A DNA stretch of 63,555 nucleotides, counting the filler, from Reticulomyxa filosa (taxonomy: Eukaryota > Protista > Foraminifera), in NCBI GenBank assembly GCA_000512085.1. It is 18 parts of 18 records of this genome, joined end to end, with 100 filler letters (N's around TTAATTAATTAA, not from the genome) between each part and the next. Parts side by side here need not be neighbours in the genome. Positions count along the whole stretch, not along the records: positions 37,025 to 44,061 come from ASPP01026391.1; positions 44,162 to 45,922 come from ASPP01031694.1; positions 46,023 to 48,476 come from ASPP01018249.1; positions 48,577 to 49,576 come from ASPP01045927.1; positions 49,677 to 51,556 come from ASPP01016286.1; 13 more parts are not named here. The stretch is one strand, 5' to 3'. Below, piece by piece: positions 37,025 to 49,719 of the stretch; within the stretch, counting starts at the first letter, position 1; each line of letters starts with the position of its first letter. The translations under genes and the position numbers were made by a program. Under the pieces are notes generated by a model that saw only the letters and a program-made list of their open reading frames with translations, searched no databases and was not told where the DNA came from.

Positions 37025-40000
37025 TAAAATAGAAAAGAATTAGGAATACTACGAGAAATGTGTTTGCAGATATTATGGAATCTTTTGAATTATCCCAAAG
37101 AAACTAAATATCGTCAAATCAGTGACCGTAATTTGTGTGACAATTTAAAAAGCAAATGTTCTGGATTAAAGGTTAATGAAAAAATTGTTTTAGAGGAAAT
37201 GAACTGTTTTTTGGAAAAATTTGGATTTCAAAAAGGAGACAATGGTGAAAATTGGTATTATCAAAGAGATGCTAACTTATTGTCATTGTGGGATCATTAC
37301 AACGAGTGGATCAATACACAACCTATGTATTATTTGTTGTAATGTATTCGAATTTCAAAAAGAAAAAATATATCTACCTGTGTTTGATTTGAACAGATAC
37401 AAAACAAAATCGATAACAAAGACAGTGAATATGTTGAAAGATGGACAATGGAACGAATATGAAATTGCATTTGATTACAAACATCGAAGCATTGTATTAC
37501 TAGGAAATACAGATCTAAACATAGAATCATTACAAATTGGAAATGCAAAGGAATCGTCATTAGAATTTGATACTAATATTCAATGGTATAACGATTTTTC
37601 TGATGTGGAAATTGCACATTCCAAATGGGCTTGTCTTATTCTTAATCATACTTGGCATTTTCGTGTGATGACTGAAATTGATAGGAGCTGTCTATCAGAT
37701 TTTTGCTCTGTTAATTATAATTTAAATGCAAATATATAAATATATAGAATATGTAATATGTATATATTTAAACAAATTATAATATATACATATATATGTA
37801 TATGTAGGAATTTAATTCTTTTCATGTTATATGGAAAGACAGATATTTTCAAACGTACAAAGAACCTTTTAATCCTTATTCAACAACTTTTAAAAAAGCA
37901 TTTGAACATCTGCAAAAAAAAATACAAGCACAAGAACATTTCAAATATGGAACAGATGAATTGATAGATTTTAAATGCGATTATAGCAAATGTAATCCAC
38001 CAATTGGCTTAGATAGCGTAAAAGATGATGCATTATTGCATGTCATTTACAAATATGACCCTCATTCCCCAATTACCTCGGTCTATTGGGAAATAAATTC
38101 CACCTTTATGGTTCCCTATGCACGTACTGTTGATATAAAAGGAGCCTATTTACCAAAAAATTTTCAAACCCAAACTGTGACTGGTCCAAATGAGTATTTT
38201 TTGCCTCACCAGTTACCATATTTATGTGATATTAAAAAACTCAAGCAGACCCAAGACTCTGGTCCAACTTTAGTGCCAAGCAAAACTCCAATGAAAAATA
38301 TTTGTCATGAAATAATAAACAATGGCTACTTTGCGGATCTAGTCGATGAAGAACAAAAAGAAACAGGACAAACAATTAAACAAGGATTGTGTTTTGATAG
38401 CAATGACGTGGATGAATTAATATTGGATGATACCAAATTGACAATAATCAATCAAATAAGACAGATATACCGTTCAGATATGCATAAACATATGGGATAT
38501 CCACTTCAATTACACCATATTTGTGCAATATTGCTGTTTCACGAGGGATCATGTTATAAGGAGTTTATTTCCGATCAAATCGCATTTAGATATAATAAAT
38601 GGAAATACTCAGATTTGTATTTGCATGAGGCAATTAGTATTTTGCACAAACATGAAAAGAGAGAAGCAAGCGATATTGAAGTGTATGGTGGATTGAACAA
38701 AGTGAAATTCGATGTTGAAAAGGAAACCAAACTAGGATATTTTGCTACACATCTGTACACTTCTGACGATTTTCAAATTGCAGAGGCCCATAGAGGTCAG
38801 TTTGGATGTATTTTGCATTTTCACCCTTCAATGAGAAGAGATTTTAATATTACTAGCTGTGATGTGTCATGGATATTTTCGAACACAAGTACGCGTGAAG
38901 TTTTGTTTTCGAGATCGTTTATGACATTTGATGATGATGATGATGAAAAAAAAGATGAAAAACAACGCACATTCAATGTAAAAGTAGAAAGTGAAGATGA
39001 ATATACACAAACGATATTATTGACATCAGCAACACATAATCAGTTCATACAACCGATTGAGCACATTAGTAATATATTGGATTATCCTACCGATTTCAAT
39101 CTTATTTATTTAGCATCAAAAATTTTAGACGGAAACGTCAGTCAAGTTATTTCAGTTTTATCTCGATTTGAAAAATGGAAAATGGAAGATGCCAATAAAG
39201 AGAAATACAAACAACAAATGAACGAATTTGTGAAAAGACGCTGTTGTAATCACGAGGTCAATTTATTGTATATGTTTCTTTTTGAACAAGATTATCTGAA
39301 GGGACAAACAGCTTTACAAGCATCTATTCTATCTACTGTTATCAATGGCCTACCTTTTATCGATAAGGATAAAGATAAACTCTTTGAAACTTTACGTCCT
39401 TTGTCTTCTCCACTTTATCCAAGCCAGTGTATATCTTTTAATCACGAAATATTGATTTGTGGAGGCTATCATAATCAGGAATGTTATTCCTATCATACGG
39501 TCAAACGTGAGTATAAGCGTATTTGTTCATATCCAAGTAATGTTGAATTAAATGGGCATTGTGTGGTGAAACTCACGGACGATAATAATTCACATGGTAT
39601 TACTTTGCTATCTTTTGGCGGATCTCCAAAACATACATTAATAATGAAATATGTGAGTGTATGGGATAATGATGTAATTGATGTGAAAAATGAATCTCAT
39701 TTAAATAAATGGATGCCTTTCACTGATAATAACAACAATCCGATTTTGATTGGAAGAGATGAAGACAATTATTGTGGAGCACGTGCATTGATTAGTGGTA
39801 GTGATAATAATTTATTATTTATCACTTATCATCCAAAGAATATTAGTGTGTTTGATTTACATACATTCCAATATATTAAACACAGTACTTTACCAGTTGA
39901 TTCTGATACTCAGATAAAATATCATTGCTTTGTATTAAAACCAACACATGGATTATCAAAAGAGAAGAAAGATAAAAAATTACATGAAATGATGTTATTT

Positions 40001-41647
40001 TGTAAGAATACAGGTTTAACAATTGAATATGATGAAGACTATAACTTCTTTCAATTTTATTGCGTATGGGTTTGTACAACTATTAGGCCATTTTATTCCT
40101 ATGGGTTCGTTTGTGTCGATGATGCTATTTGGTTTTTTGGTGGATCTAATGAAGAGAGAATCATCTCAAAATTTATTCACAGATATTCAATGCTTAAGGA
40201 TCAATGGATGAAATTCGAACAAACTTTATCTATGCCATTAACTGGTTGTGTCACAATATTAAATGGAGATAACACACATATACATATCATTGGTGGATAT
40301 AATGAAAATGGAACACTCTCCACACACATCAAGACAAAAGTGAAAAACTGGATGATGGAAAAAACAAAAATGCAAATCAACTGGATAGAAAAAGAAGAAG
40401 AAAAGAGATATATTGAAAAAAACGAAACAGAAAAAAAAGGGATTGAAGAAATCAATAAAGAATTGAAAACAATGACACCACCTGATTTTAAAAAATTAAA
40501 AGTTAAAATCCCTTCTTTCTATACTTATTTTTATAACTGGAATTAAACCATACTATTTTACATTGTGCATTTCAAAAAAATTATAAAAAGAAAGTAAACG
40601 AAGTCTCACAAGTAATTAAACATTGGACTCGTTTGTTGTTAGTCAAAATGGGATGGATTGATCAATTTGATATTATTGTTGCAAGATATATTTTGGTATG
40701 TTATGTATACTTGTTTCATTTTCTGTACTGACTATACACAACAAAAATTTAATATATAACAGAGAAAATATTTCCGACCATTCAAAATTATTCAAAAACA
40801 AGGATTTCCTGTAAATATTGTAAGATTTTCTCCAGATGGCTCTAAAATTGTTTCAGCTTCAGAAGATATTACAATTACAATATGGGACATTGAATCTGGA
40901 AAGATTATTGGAGTATTAATTGGGCATTCTAATACCATAAATGATGTTCAATTCTCACCAGATGGACACAAAATGTTGTCATGTTCAGATGATAACACGA
41001 TTATATTGTGGGATGTAGAATTATGTACACCAATAATAAAATTGGAAGGACACGAAGAAAGAGTGACAAACGCTCGATTTTCACCAGATGGAAGCACTAT
41101 TGTGTCTGGTTCAGCAGACAAAACCATTCGAATATGGGATGTAAATTTTGGACGAGAATTGATGATTCTAGAAAGAAGCGCTGGTGAAATAAACCATACA
41201 GAATTTTCACCTGATGGTCAACAGATTATGGTAGTAGCTCAGAATCAAAATATGAAGATTATAGACCTGCAAACAGGAAAAGTAGCACACAAATTTAACA
41301 TAGATTCTCAAAACGAAAATAAAGCAAGATTTTCATCAGATGGCTGCTTTATTATATCTTGCTCATGGAATATCAAATTATGGGATGTGATGTCCGCAAG
41401 ACAAATTAAACTATTTGATGTACGTTTTAGTAGAATAATTGATGTGAAATTCCTTCCAGATGATAAGACTATTTTGTCATGTGCATCAGATAATACAGTA
41501 CAATTATTGGATGTGAAAGTAGGAGTTCCAACACAACAATTGGAAGAATCTATCGGTTCTGTAACTGCAATAGATATTACGTCAGATGGCAACACTATTG
41601 CGGTATCTTCAAAAAATGGGACAATTCGGCTGTGGGATTCGTTATGA
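37025..41647 (+). CDS. PUB + ADP-ribosyltransferase-like + Kelch propeller + WD40 propeller protein (multi-exon, 5' truncated)
   Basis: PUB ILWNLLNYPKETKYRQI...LEKFGF. ART-like EVYGG..YTSDD..CILHFHPSMRR..SCDVSWI..TREVLFSRS. Kelch ILICGG, LSFGG, WFFGG, HIIGG (~39380-40340). Linker exon VIKHWTRLLLVKMGWIDQFD. About 7 WD40 repeats at ~40790-41647. Confidence 0.85.
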
Positions 41648-42624
41648 ACGCTTGTAACAATATTTTTTGAAAATCAAAGTGACATCAATTTTTGTCATAT
41701 AACAAAACAATTGGAAGTGAATAAACTAATCGTTTTTATGGCAGTTTTCCTTTCTTTCCATTTTTAATTGCAACACCTAAAAATGATGTTACTTTTTTTT
41801 ATGACATATATAATCAAAAAAATAATTTTTATTAGGAAATTTGTGCAAAACTGAATTCTTTTAACTTCTTTTTTAAAAATAATTCAACAAAAAAAAAAAG
41901 GTTGGCAAAATTTGTTTTAAATTATTAACGAATTAATATAAAAAAAGAAGCCATAGCCCACAATTGGTAGATTTTTCAAATTTTAGAGAAAATGAATTTT
42001 GTTATTTAATATAACAACAGAGAAAAAGATAAAATTAGCACGTAAAATGCGATCTTTTTGTATTTAAAAGTTTTTTTTTGTATAAGTCTTTCTAGAAAAT
42101 TCTGTGGCGTTTTCTGTTTAGTCTTTTTTTGTGCTTATTGTTTATTTTAGTATGGATCCGTGTAAATGTAAGCTTCTTTTCTGTTGGTCATTCGTTATAA
42201 ATGGAATGACCAGTTTTCTTTGAAACAGAACTACGAAAAAGAAGGAATTCAACTTCAACAATCCAAAGTTCACTGAACGCGAAAACAAAAAGTTGAGAAA
42301 ATTATAGAAATTTTTGGTTTTTGGACATTAATATACAATTGAAGTTCATAATGTAGTTTCTTCAATTTTATCTAGATAATGATTTTCACTTTTCTACAAC
42401 TGCAAATATTATTTTATGTGGAAATATTTTCTTAAAAAAAATAGCCAAGCGACATAGCTGGACAATTTTTTGTGTGGCATTGAAGGGTCTGTTGGAACCA
42501 AAGATAAAAACTTGTTTCAAAAGAACGAGAAAGTTTTGATTCTTTTTTTAGAAAAGAAAAATTGATTTTTGTTATTTATTAAAATATCTGTCTTTTCTTT
42601 CATTCTTTGCACTTCCCTTTTTTG

Positions 42625-43093
42625 TTATTGTTTGGTTGCTTGTAATTCATTTTTAATTTCTTCTAAGAACTGTCTTTTTTCATCCATTTCAACCTCTGAT
42701 TTTTGAAGAAATTCTACTTGTCTGTTTTGTTGTTTCATAGTAGCTTTTGTCCATTGTTGTATACATCGATTATGCAACTGAAAAAATTTGTCAGCACAAG
42801 CCTTTATACAGTTCGTTTCTCTTTCTGACAAGTCACGATCACGGAAACCGTCTACGCATACATCAAAGCAATTGTCTGCTGAGTCAATCCATCGCTTTTG
42901 TGCGCCTCTGTTGCCTCATTTTTTTGAAAGATTTCATCACAATTACGTTTGAAATTCGGTTTGTGTCAAAATTCATACAAAACAATCGCAACAAAGGTAG
43001 GCTAAACTTGATTTCTATAAATGCCATTATTTGTTGCAGACGTGCCATGTAGTCAGCTGAAAGCTGCGCTCCCTGAAGTTGTTGTGGATCCAT
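42625..43093 (-). CDS. small Tim chaperone (Tim9/Tim10 family, twin CX3C)
   Basis: Reading upstream of ORF 42625-42831 gives ADNCFDVCVDGFRDRDLSERETNCIKACADKF. An A-run frameshift at ~42897 separates it from the N-terminus. Confidence 0.75.
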
Positions 43094-43464
43094 TATTATT
43101 ATCTTAATAGGATATGTTTATATAAGTTTTTAATACTTTGGAGGTCCTTTAATTTGAAATTGCCATTTGGTTGAATTTCATCAGTGCCAGTTTTTTTACA
43201 CTAAATTCGCGTTATAATTTTTAAAATTATTAAATTAATAATAAAGCTGTTTATTTTGAAATTCAATTGTCCTTTTTCAAAACGCCTTTAAAAAAGTTTA
43301 GTTACAATATTATCTTACTTATTTGTAAAAATTCTAAAATAACAAGGTATTTGAGTCTATCAGACAGTTAAGATATGGTAATCAACCAAACAATTTCTTT
43401 CAGTTAAAGAGACTGCTTCAGTAAAAAAAATTAGTAAATTTCTGGAAAAAACATTATCTATTAA

Positions 43465-44029
43465 ATGGCCTCTATATTGTGGTCGAATACCATGAATTGG
43501 TTATTATTTATATTATGGTTGGGTCTGATTGCCATAAGCTTTGTGACGGCATTGTATATTTTGATGCTACTAAGTTGGTATTTTTTTTTGCAAGAAGAAA
43601 TTCCAAAAGGATGGGAATATAATGCAGAAAGCGCAAAATTGGGGTCGGAACGAAAGCGAAAAAGAGCTTCCAACAAGAAACAATACGGATTTGAACAATT
43701 CATTATCGAACTTTATATTTAATCGGTCAGTGTATAAAGCAGCGCGATCGGCGTTTCAGGACTCGGCGTTTAGTTTATCGATTCATCGCAACCAAAACGA
43801 GGCGCTGGTGAGTAGTGAGCGAGAGCAAGCAGAAGCGATAGAAAAGTACCGACTTGAAAATGAGAACGAGGATGATAACAATGATGGCGATGGTAATGAT
43901 GATGATGATGACAATGACGATGACAATGACGATGACAATGACGATGACGATGACGATGACAATGATAATGGTGATAATAATTATGATGATAATAATTACT
44001 ATAATGATGATGATAAAGAAAACGATAAC

Positions 44030-44061
<32 letters not shown>
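43465..44061 (+). CDS. hypothetical membrane protein with Asp/Asn microsatellite tract, 3' truncated
   Basis: Hydrophobic N-terminal segment, then a frame change into ORF 43622-, with (GAT/GAC/AAT)n repeats. Confidence 0.4.
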
Positions 44062-44161
44062 NNNNNNNNNNNNNNNNNNNNNNNNNNNNNNNNNNNNNNN
44101 NNNNNTTAATTAATTAANNNNNNNNNNNNNNNNNNNNNNNNNNNNNNNNNNNNNNNNNNNN

Positions 44162-44437
44162 AGAAAAGAATTTGATATATGGAATGAGCCACAAAAGGGT
44201 GAAAGAGAACGCTTATACACTGAAATTGCAAATGAAATTATAGAGCAGGACTATTGGGACAAAAATCTTAACATTTGGGGAAAGCAAATGATAGAGCTCA
44301 CTGCAATGGGCGATCCCTTTGGAATCACAAATCCCCAAAAGGCTACTGCGGTACGAATTAACATTCATCTATACAAGCAGCTCCACTACTACACACCAAT
44401 AGATCAATTGGACTCAGACGAAGACTGGGAAGATTAA
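44162..44437 (+). CDS. bacterial Beta-family protein (sce7725-related), C-terminal fragment; not in the ORF track
   Basis: Own translation: ...LYTEIANEIIEQDYWDKNLNIWGKQMIELTAMGDPFGITNPQKATAVRINIHLYKQLHY...EDWED*, TAA at 44435-44437. W..I...G...RINxH is typical of Beta-family C-termini. Confidence 0.7.
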   Translation, partial: RKEFDIWNEPQKGERERLYTEIANEIIEQDYWDKNLNIWGKQMIELTAMGDPFGITNPQKATAVRINIHLYKQLHYYTPIDQLDSDEDWED

Positions 44438-44442
44438 TTAAA

Positions 44443-45144
44443 TCAACCATCAATAGAACCCAGGACATTTAATAAATAGCCTGGGTTTTTTATCTCATCC
44501 GCCTCACGATATGAGCTACTTAACAGGCTCATATAGTTTTCATGCACCACATCAGTCTCTTTAACTTTTCTTAAAAATCGCTGCGATGTAAATTGATATT
44601 TAAGTCTAAGACATTTAAAAAGATAACTCCTAACATCCGCGCGCTTAATAACATTTAAATAGCCATCCATAGATTTAAACAAATCAGATCGACTTTCTGA
44701 TTGCAACCTAAAACCATGCAAAGAGAAAAATTTCTCTACTTCTCTTTTAGAAAGCAAATCAAAATACTTCTTCACATCACCACGTTGATTCCTCTTACCT
44801 CTCTGTACCTGTTTCAAATTTGACTTAGCAGAAATACTCCACACCTCAATATTACTACCCACCTTCTCCATTACTTTGCAGAGATGCTTTTCTGCCACAA
44901 CAAGAATAACCTTGTCAAAATACTGCTGATACTTATCAAGCTGACTATCCAGCCTAATCAAACTATCAGCCTCACTCTTTATTTCAACAGCAAAAAATAA
45001 ATCTTCATTTATCACCATCAAATCAGCACGCTTACTATATTTATCAATAGAGAACTCACTAACCACAACCGATTCGAAATTTATACGTTTGCTAACCATG
45101 AGCTTATTCAAGAAAATTGACTTTATTTCCGACTCTAGAATCAT
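44443..45144 (-). CDS. sce7726-family PD-(D/E)xK nuclease-like protein
   Basis: SEF....KRADLMVI....AVEIKSEADSLIRLDSQLDKYQQYFDKVILVV. AGGA ribosome-binding site 6 nt before ATG at 45144. Confidence 0.85.
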   Translation of the reverse strand: MILESEIKSIFLNKLMVSKRINFESVVVSEFSIDKYSKRADLMVINEDLFFAVEIKSEADSLIRLDSQLDKYQQYFDKVILVVAEKHLCKVMEKVGSNIEVWSISAKSNLKQVQRGKRNQRGDVKKYFDLLSKREVEKFFSLHGFRLQSESRSDLFKSMDGYLNVIKRADVRSYLFKCLRLKYQFTSQRFLRKVKETDVVHENYMSLLSSSYREADEIKNPGYLLNVLGSIDG

Positions 45145-45237
45145 ACCCAATCCTATAAATCATCACACATTAATGCATTATTATAACACACATGTGATTA
45201 AAAAATAGGACAGCCTTCATCTGGCAATTAATTAGTC

Positions 45238-45922
45238 TTATAAAAGGTAGCACTTATACAAAGCTGGTAGTAATTTCACGTTGTGTACAACATAACCTGG
45301 CAGTTCAAAAAACTGCACGCTGTCGGCCCCTTCACTTAGCCCATACACGCGGTACAGCACGTAGGTGTCGGGGTGTTCGCTGGACACGTTTACCTCGTTG
45401 GCCGAGATATAAAACGGCGTGTCGGCCGGGCCTTGGGTGGTTTTTACTTCGATCAATTTGGCGCGGCCGTCTGGGTAAAACGACGCAATGTCGTAGCCGG
45501 CGGCCGCGTTGTGTAGTGCCACATGCTTTACTTGCGCGGCCAACTTAGCGTGGCCTTGCTGCTGTAGCTGGGCGATTTCGTATTGCAGTACCAGCTGTTC
45601 GCCGCGCAGGCCTAGGTCGCGGTTGCGTTGGTCGCGGGCGGCCCAGTCGATGTTGGCCGCAGCGTGCTTGGCTTTGCCGCGCTTAGGTGCAGGGTTGGCC
45701 GCAGGGGGGTCTACCCGCTGCAATAGCGGTAGCGGCTTGGCAGGGGTGGGCTGGTACAGCGGGTTCAGCGCGGCGCGGTACGGCAGCGCCATGTCGGCCA
45801 GCTGCTGGGGGCTAAGGTCCCAATGCAGAATTTGCCAAACAAAGTGCACCGGGTTTTGTTTGCTGGGGTGGTGGTCGTGGTAAGCCAGCACGCCCATATA
45901 GGCGTATTGGTCGTGGCGGTTG
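45238..45922 (-). CDS. DUF3427-like + DUF3883 (NO VEIN C-terminal) endonuclease, 5' truncated
   Basis: YMGVLAY..H....PVHFVWQI followed by NRDLGLRGEQLVLQYE...GYDIAS...LIEVKTT....FYISANE. Confidence 0.82.
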
Positions 45923-46022
45923 NNNNNNNNNNNNNNNNNNNNNNNNNNNNNNNNNNNNNNNNNNNNTTAATTAATTAANNNNNNNNNNNNNNNNNNNNNN
46001 NNNNNNNNNNNNNNNNNNNNNN

Positions 46023-46057
<35 letters not shown>

Positions 46058-46064
46058 ACACAAG

Positions 46065-46762
46065 TTAGAGGGTAACTGAACTGTTGGCAATTTTCAGCCA
46101 ATTTCCAATAACTCTGAGCTTCACTAAATGGACCCGCGTCACGTCGGGTCTGTCCACCACTGAAGAGCAACAAACTCTTTTTGTTTTGGTTTGCCATATC
46201 AATTCCCTTTTGAATTTGGTCCAAAAAACGCATTTAAATGCTTTTCTTGTCTTTGGTGCTTCTGCAAGTACCACATGTCTGGGTCGGTGCATTCCTCAAA
46301 ATTACTGTGACGGAACACTGCATGTCCTGCGACCAAAATCAAATTTGACATTTGCCCCATTGCATGCTCGTCTTTTTTGTCTGACATCCCTCCTTCCTCT
46401 TCCTTCTCCGATGAGGTCAGCTTCGGGTTTTGGATATTTGTCACTTGAGAGTGAAACAAGTTTTGAGCCATCTTGCTTTCGTCATTCAAAATGTACCTGC
46501 TGTTTATCAGTCTCGAAAAAGAGGTGGTTGCGTAAAACAGTAGCAGGATGCAACAAATCATTATACTCCCACAACCGTATTTGAAGAGCCTCTTTTTGCT
46601 TACGCTTGCTGGGACAGGATTATATGTGTTTGAGTGATACGATGAAAAGCACAGATTAGACAACATATGGCAACGACATAAAGTTTTGCAACGATAAATC
46701 GCACGGCGGATATTAAAAAAAATACGAGCGCTTGAGGACGCATGATCAGAAGGGCGCAACAT
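46065..46762 (-). CDS. YOR238W/DUF218-like Rossmannoid protein with N-terminal membrane anchor, 3' truncated
   Basis: LILVAGHAVF..WYLQ, then after a T-run frameshift at ~46225, DQIQKGI...LLLFSGGQTRRDAGPFSEAQSYW. Confidence 0.75.
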
Positions 46763-47535
46763 TTAGGCTTGTTTGTAAAGGTTCTCAGCTACAAATACGC
46801 CGTTTTTTATCGGCCTCAAAAACAAAAAAACGTTAAATATTTATGACTTCTTTAGATAATTTCGTTTCTTTATGTGATATTCTGGAATACAAACAATAGA
46901 AAGAGCTTGAAATGATTGAATGTATAATGTAATTTTAGAAGATTATGTAGTGAGCTAATTACAACTCACTTTATTATTTGTTCTTGATTTGAAAGGGAGC
47001 TATTGCATTTCTGCAGGTTTTACAGTCTTCTGTTTTTTTTGAAAGATAACCAAAATTAAAAAAAACAATTCAATATTTTGATTTCATAAAAGGCGTATAT
47101 ATTACTTGAATTGTGATCTTTCAATTGCATCGCAGTCAATGTAACTCAATTTTGTTTAATGAAGCTTGTTGATTGTTTAATTATACTGACAATCAAAATA
47201 TCTTTTCTTTCCATTAGATTTTAAACTGTCGTGTTCCAGAGACAACAAACTTTAGTTTCTGGCAAAGCAAGCAAAAAAAAAAACGAAGTTCATTTTTGTA
47301 TTCTAATAGTGATAAAAAGATCAGAATTGATTTGAATGTCAAGGTAACTCTGTATTGATAATGATATTAAGATATCCTTAAAAAAAAAGAAAAAATATAA
47401 AATCTCGGAACCGGTAGAGCAGCGGTGCTTGAAGAATCTGGAAATGTAAAGACACCTCAAATATTTGAGCCAAGGTATTTGAAGAAACGGAAGGGGTGTT
47501 ATGTTGAAGAGGGTTAATTTTTTTGCAAGCTATTA

Positions 47536-48330
47536 TGTTGGTAATCCCCAGCAAACAAACAAACAAATAAAAAAGCGTGGTAGTTGGGCCAAAGAAGTTA
47601 ATAATATTAACAGAGACAGATACAATAGAAGACTATGAGGCTTGCTGTGCAGAGCACGAGCCAAAGACAACGATTGTGTTGTACCCGTCCAAGCTATGGA
47701 CACAAGCACTCCGAACTCACGGGCAGTTGGTGAAAGGACACACCCCAGACAGTATCGATGTAAATACATCATTGTATTCGCTCACAAACAATGAAAATGG
47801 TTTTGGATTTTGGAACCGATTTTGGTACCGTTCCTATGCGGTAATTTTTTTTTTTTTAACCAAAAAAAAAAAAAAAAAAAAGTGTGTGACATGTGCATAC
47901 GTACACATAAACTTTAAAAAAAAAAAAAAATGGACACAATATTAGCTACGAACTGAATGCTTGATGATATTATGCGACAGTGAATTTGAAAAGTTATTTT
48001 TCCCACTGTCGACAAAAGTGGAAGAAAAATATGGAAAGCAGAACACTCGAAAAAGTGAGGAAACGAACTCGTTGCTTGCGTTCGCATGGGAACAAATTAC
48101 CAATAGCAGTGATGCCAAAAAACTCGAACAAAAAGCTGCGCAAGTGCCTATATTCTACGGTGGGAGCACGATTCATCATCCCCCTTCCTTTTTATTGCGT
48201 GGCGTTCTTGAACATACCAACAATTGTTGGAACACTTCTTATATCAACTTTCAAACTTTTCCCACCGCGGCTGTTATCGTTAGCAGAAGGATTCGACAGT
48301 GTCGCTCTGGTGAAGGTTTGTCAAAGCATT
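47536..48330 (+). CDS. hypothetical protein (multi-exon fragment)
   Basis: ORFs 47577-47945 and 47961-48440 are separated by a GT...AG poly-A intron (~47841-47945). No motif recognised. Confidence 0.4.
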
Positions 48331-48576
48331 GCTTGGATATACGTTTTTGTGTGTACGTGCGTATGTATACATGCATATACGTGTGTATATGCCTACGTAT
48401 ACGTATATACATGTATATGTATATACGTATGCAATATTAATAGATAAGCATTAACATACATGCACACACACACACANNNNNNNNNNNNNNNNNNNNNNNN
48501 NNNNNNNNNNNNNNNNNNNNTTAATTAATTAANNNNNNNNNNNNNNNNNNNNNNNNNNNNNNNNNNNNNNNNNNNN

Positions 48577-48842
48577 GCAAACTCATCCAACCTGCTCCAT
48601 AATGTTATATTCAATAATTCCTGTTCCAATGCCTCTTTTTCCGTTTTCACGCTCTCCACTGAATCTACCATCTTACTGTCCTCCCACTTTTTCATTCGCC
48701 GCGTTTCGCGCATCGTGTCACGCTTCATCTTCGTTGCTACTGCTTTTGAAAACACCGGGATTGATGTCTCTCTTCTGATAGCGTGTCTGACAATGTGAAA
48801 ATGAGGACCATTTATAAATCGCAAACGCTGGAAGAACTGCAT
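48577..48842 (-). CDS. hypothetical protein, 5' part (Arg-rich, presequence-like N-terminus)
   Basis: MQFFQRLRFING... is open to the contig end. Confidence 0.35.
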
Positions 48843-49719
48843 TTGCAGACGAATATGAAAGAAAAATTTACTGAAAAAAACGGGGTCATGCTATTCAACT
48901 TTTCCACGTTTTGAAAAGTTTTGCACAATTCATCTCTTTTGTTCTTCACATCATTTCCGATTTTAGTTTTTTCAACACTTTGCTGTCACGTTTTTTCGTG
49001 CGGTTTTTAAACTTAAATAGAGGAATTAGTTTTCAAAATAGGACGAGGTAAATCAATCTACACAGCAAGGTTGTTTCACTCTTATTTCAAGAAACGTTGC
49101 AAATGAAAACATTTGAAGTATAATCTCTACGTAGATCACAAAGATGATTTTTTTATTAGTAGTTTTATTACCGTGTGGACTGTTTTTAAGAAAGGGGGTA
49201 TGTTGTGGTGTTTTTATTCAAATTTAAGCAAGAAAACAATAAAACAGCCTCAAAAATGGCATTTAACATTGACATTGAATTAGATATTACTGATAAAATG
49301 GTTCTCTTTTTTTTTTTTTTTTTCTGTTTTTATGTTTGAGAAACAAAGGAAACAAAACAGAAATGCACATGTGATGGTAGAAGCGACAATGTACTGCAAA
49401 TTACCTCTAACAGAATTACAAAATTTATTGTTCCACCTTGACAGAAAACTGGACTGTAGAGAGGATACCCCGTGAATTTGAAAGTTTTGGTCGCAAGGTA
49501 TGTGATTGTTTTTTTTCGTGGCAGCCAAAAAAGTGCAAGGAGTTGAAATGAAAGAGAAGGAGGGGTGGCTTTTTTTNNNNNNNNNNNNNNNNNNNNNNNN
49601 NNNNNNNNNNNNNNNNNNNNTTAATTAATTAANNNNNNNNNNNNNNNNNNNNNNNNNNNNNNNNNNNNNNNNNNNNTTTTTTTTTTTTTTTTTTTTATAA
49701 AAAAAAAAAAAAAAAAAAA

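Noticed and set aside
20451-41647. Alternative genetic code (stop-codon reassignment as in ciliates)
   Set aside because: Long ORFs of 600-860 aa read cleanly in the standard code and end at TAA, TAG or TGA.
45162-45198. ATCACA...TGTGAT inverted repeat upstream of the sce7726-like gene
   Set aside because: Only 6-7 bp arms in AT-rich DNA; it could be an operator but cannot be supported.
35444-45922. Horizontal transfer of pilY1 or sce7726/DUF3883 into the protist genome
   Set aside because: Both bacterial segments occupy whole contigs bounded by linkers, with no junction to host DNA. Co-sequenced bacteria is the simpler explanation.
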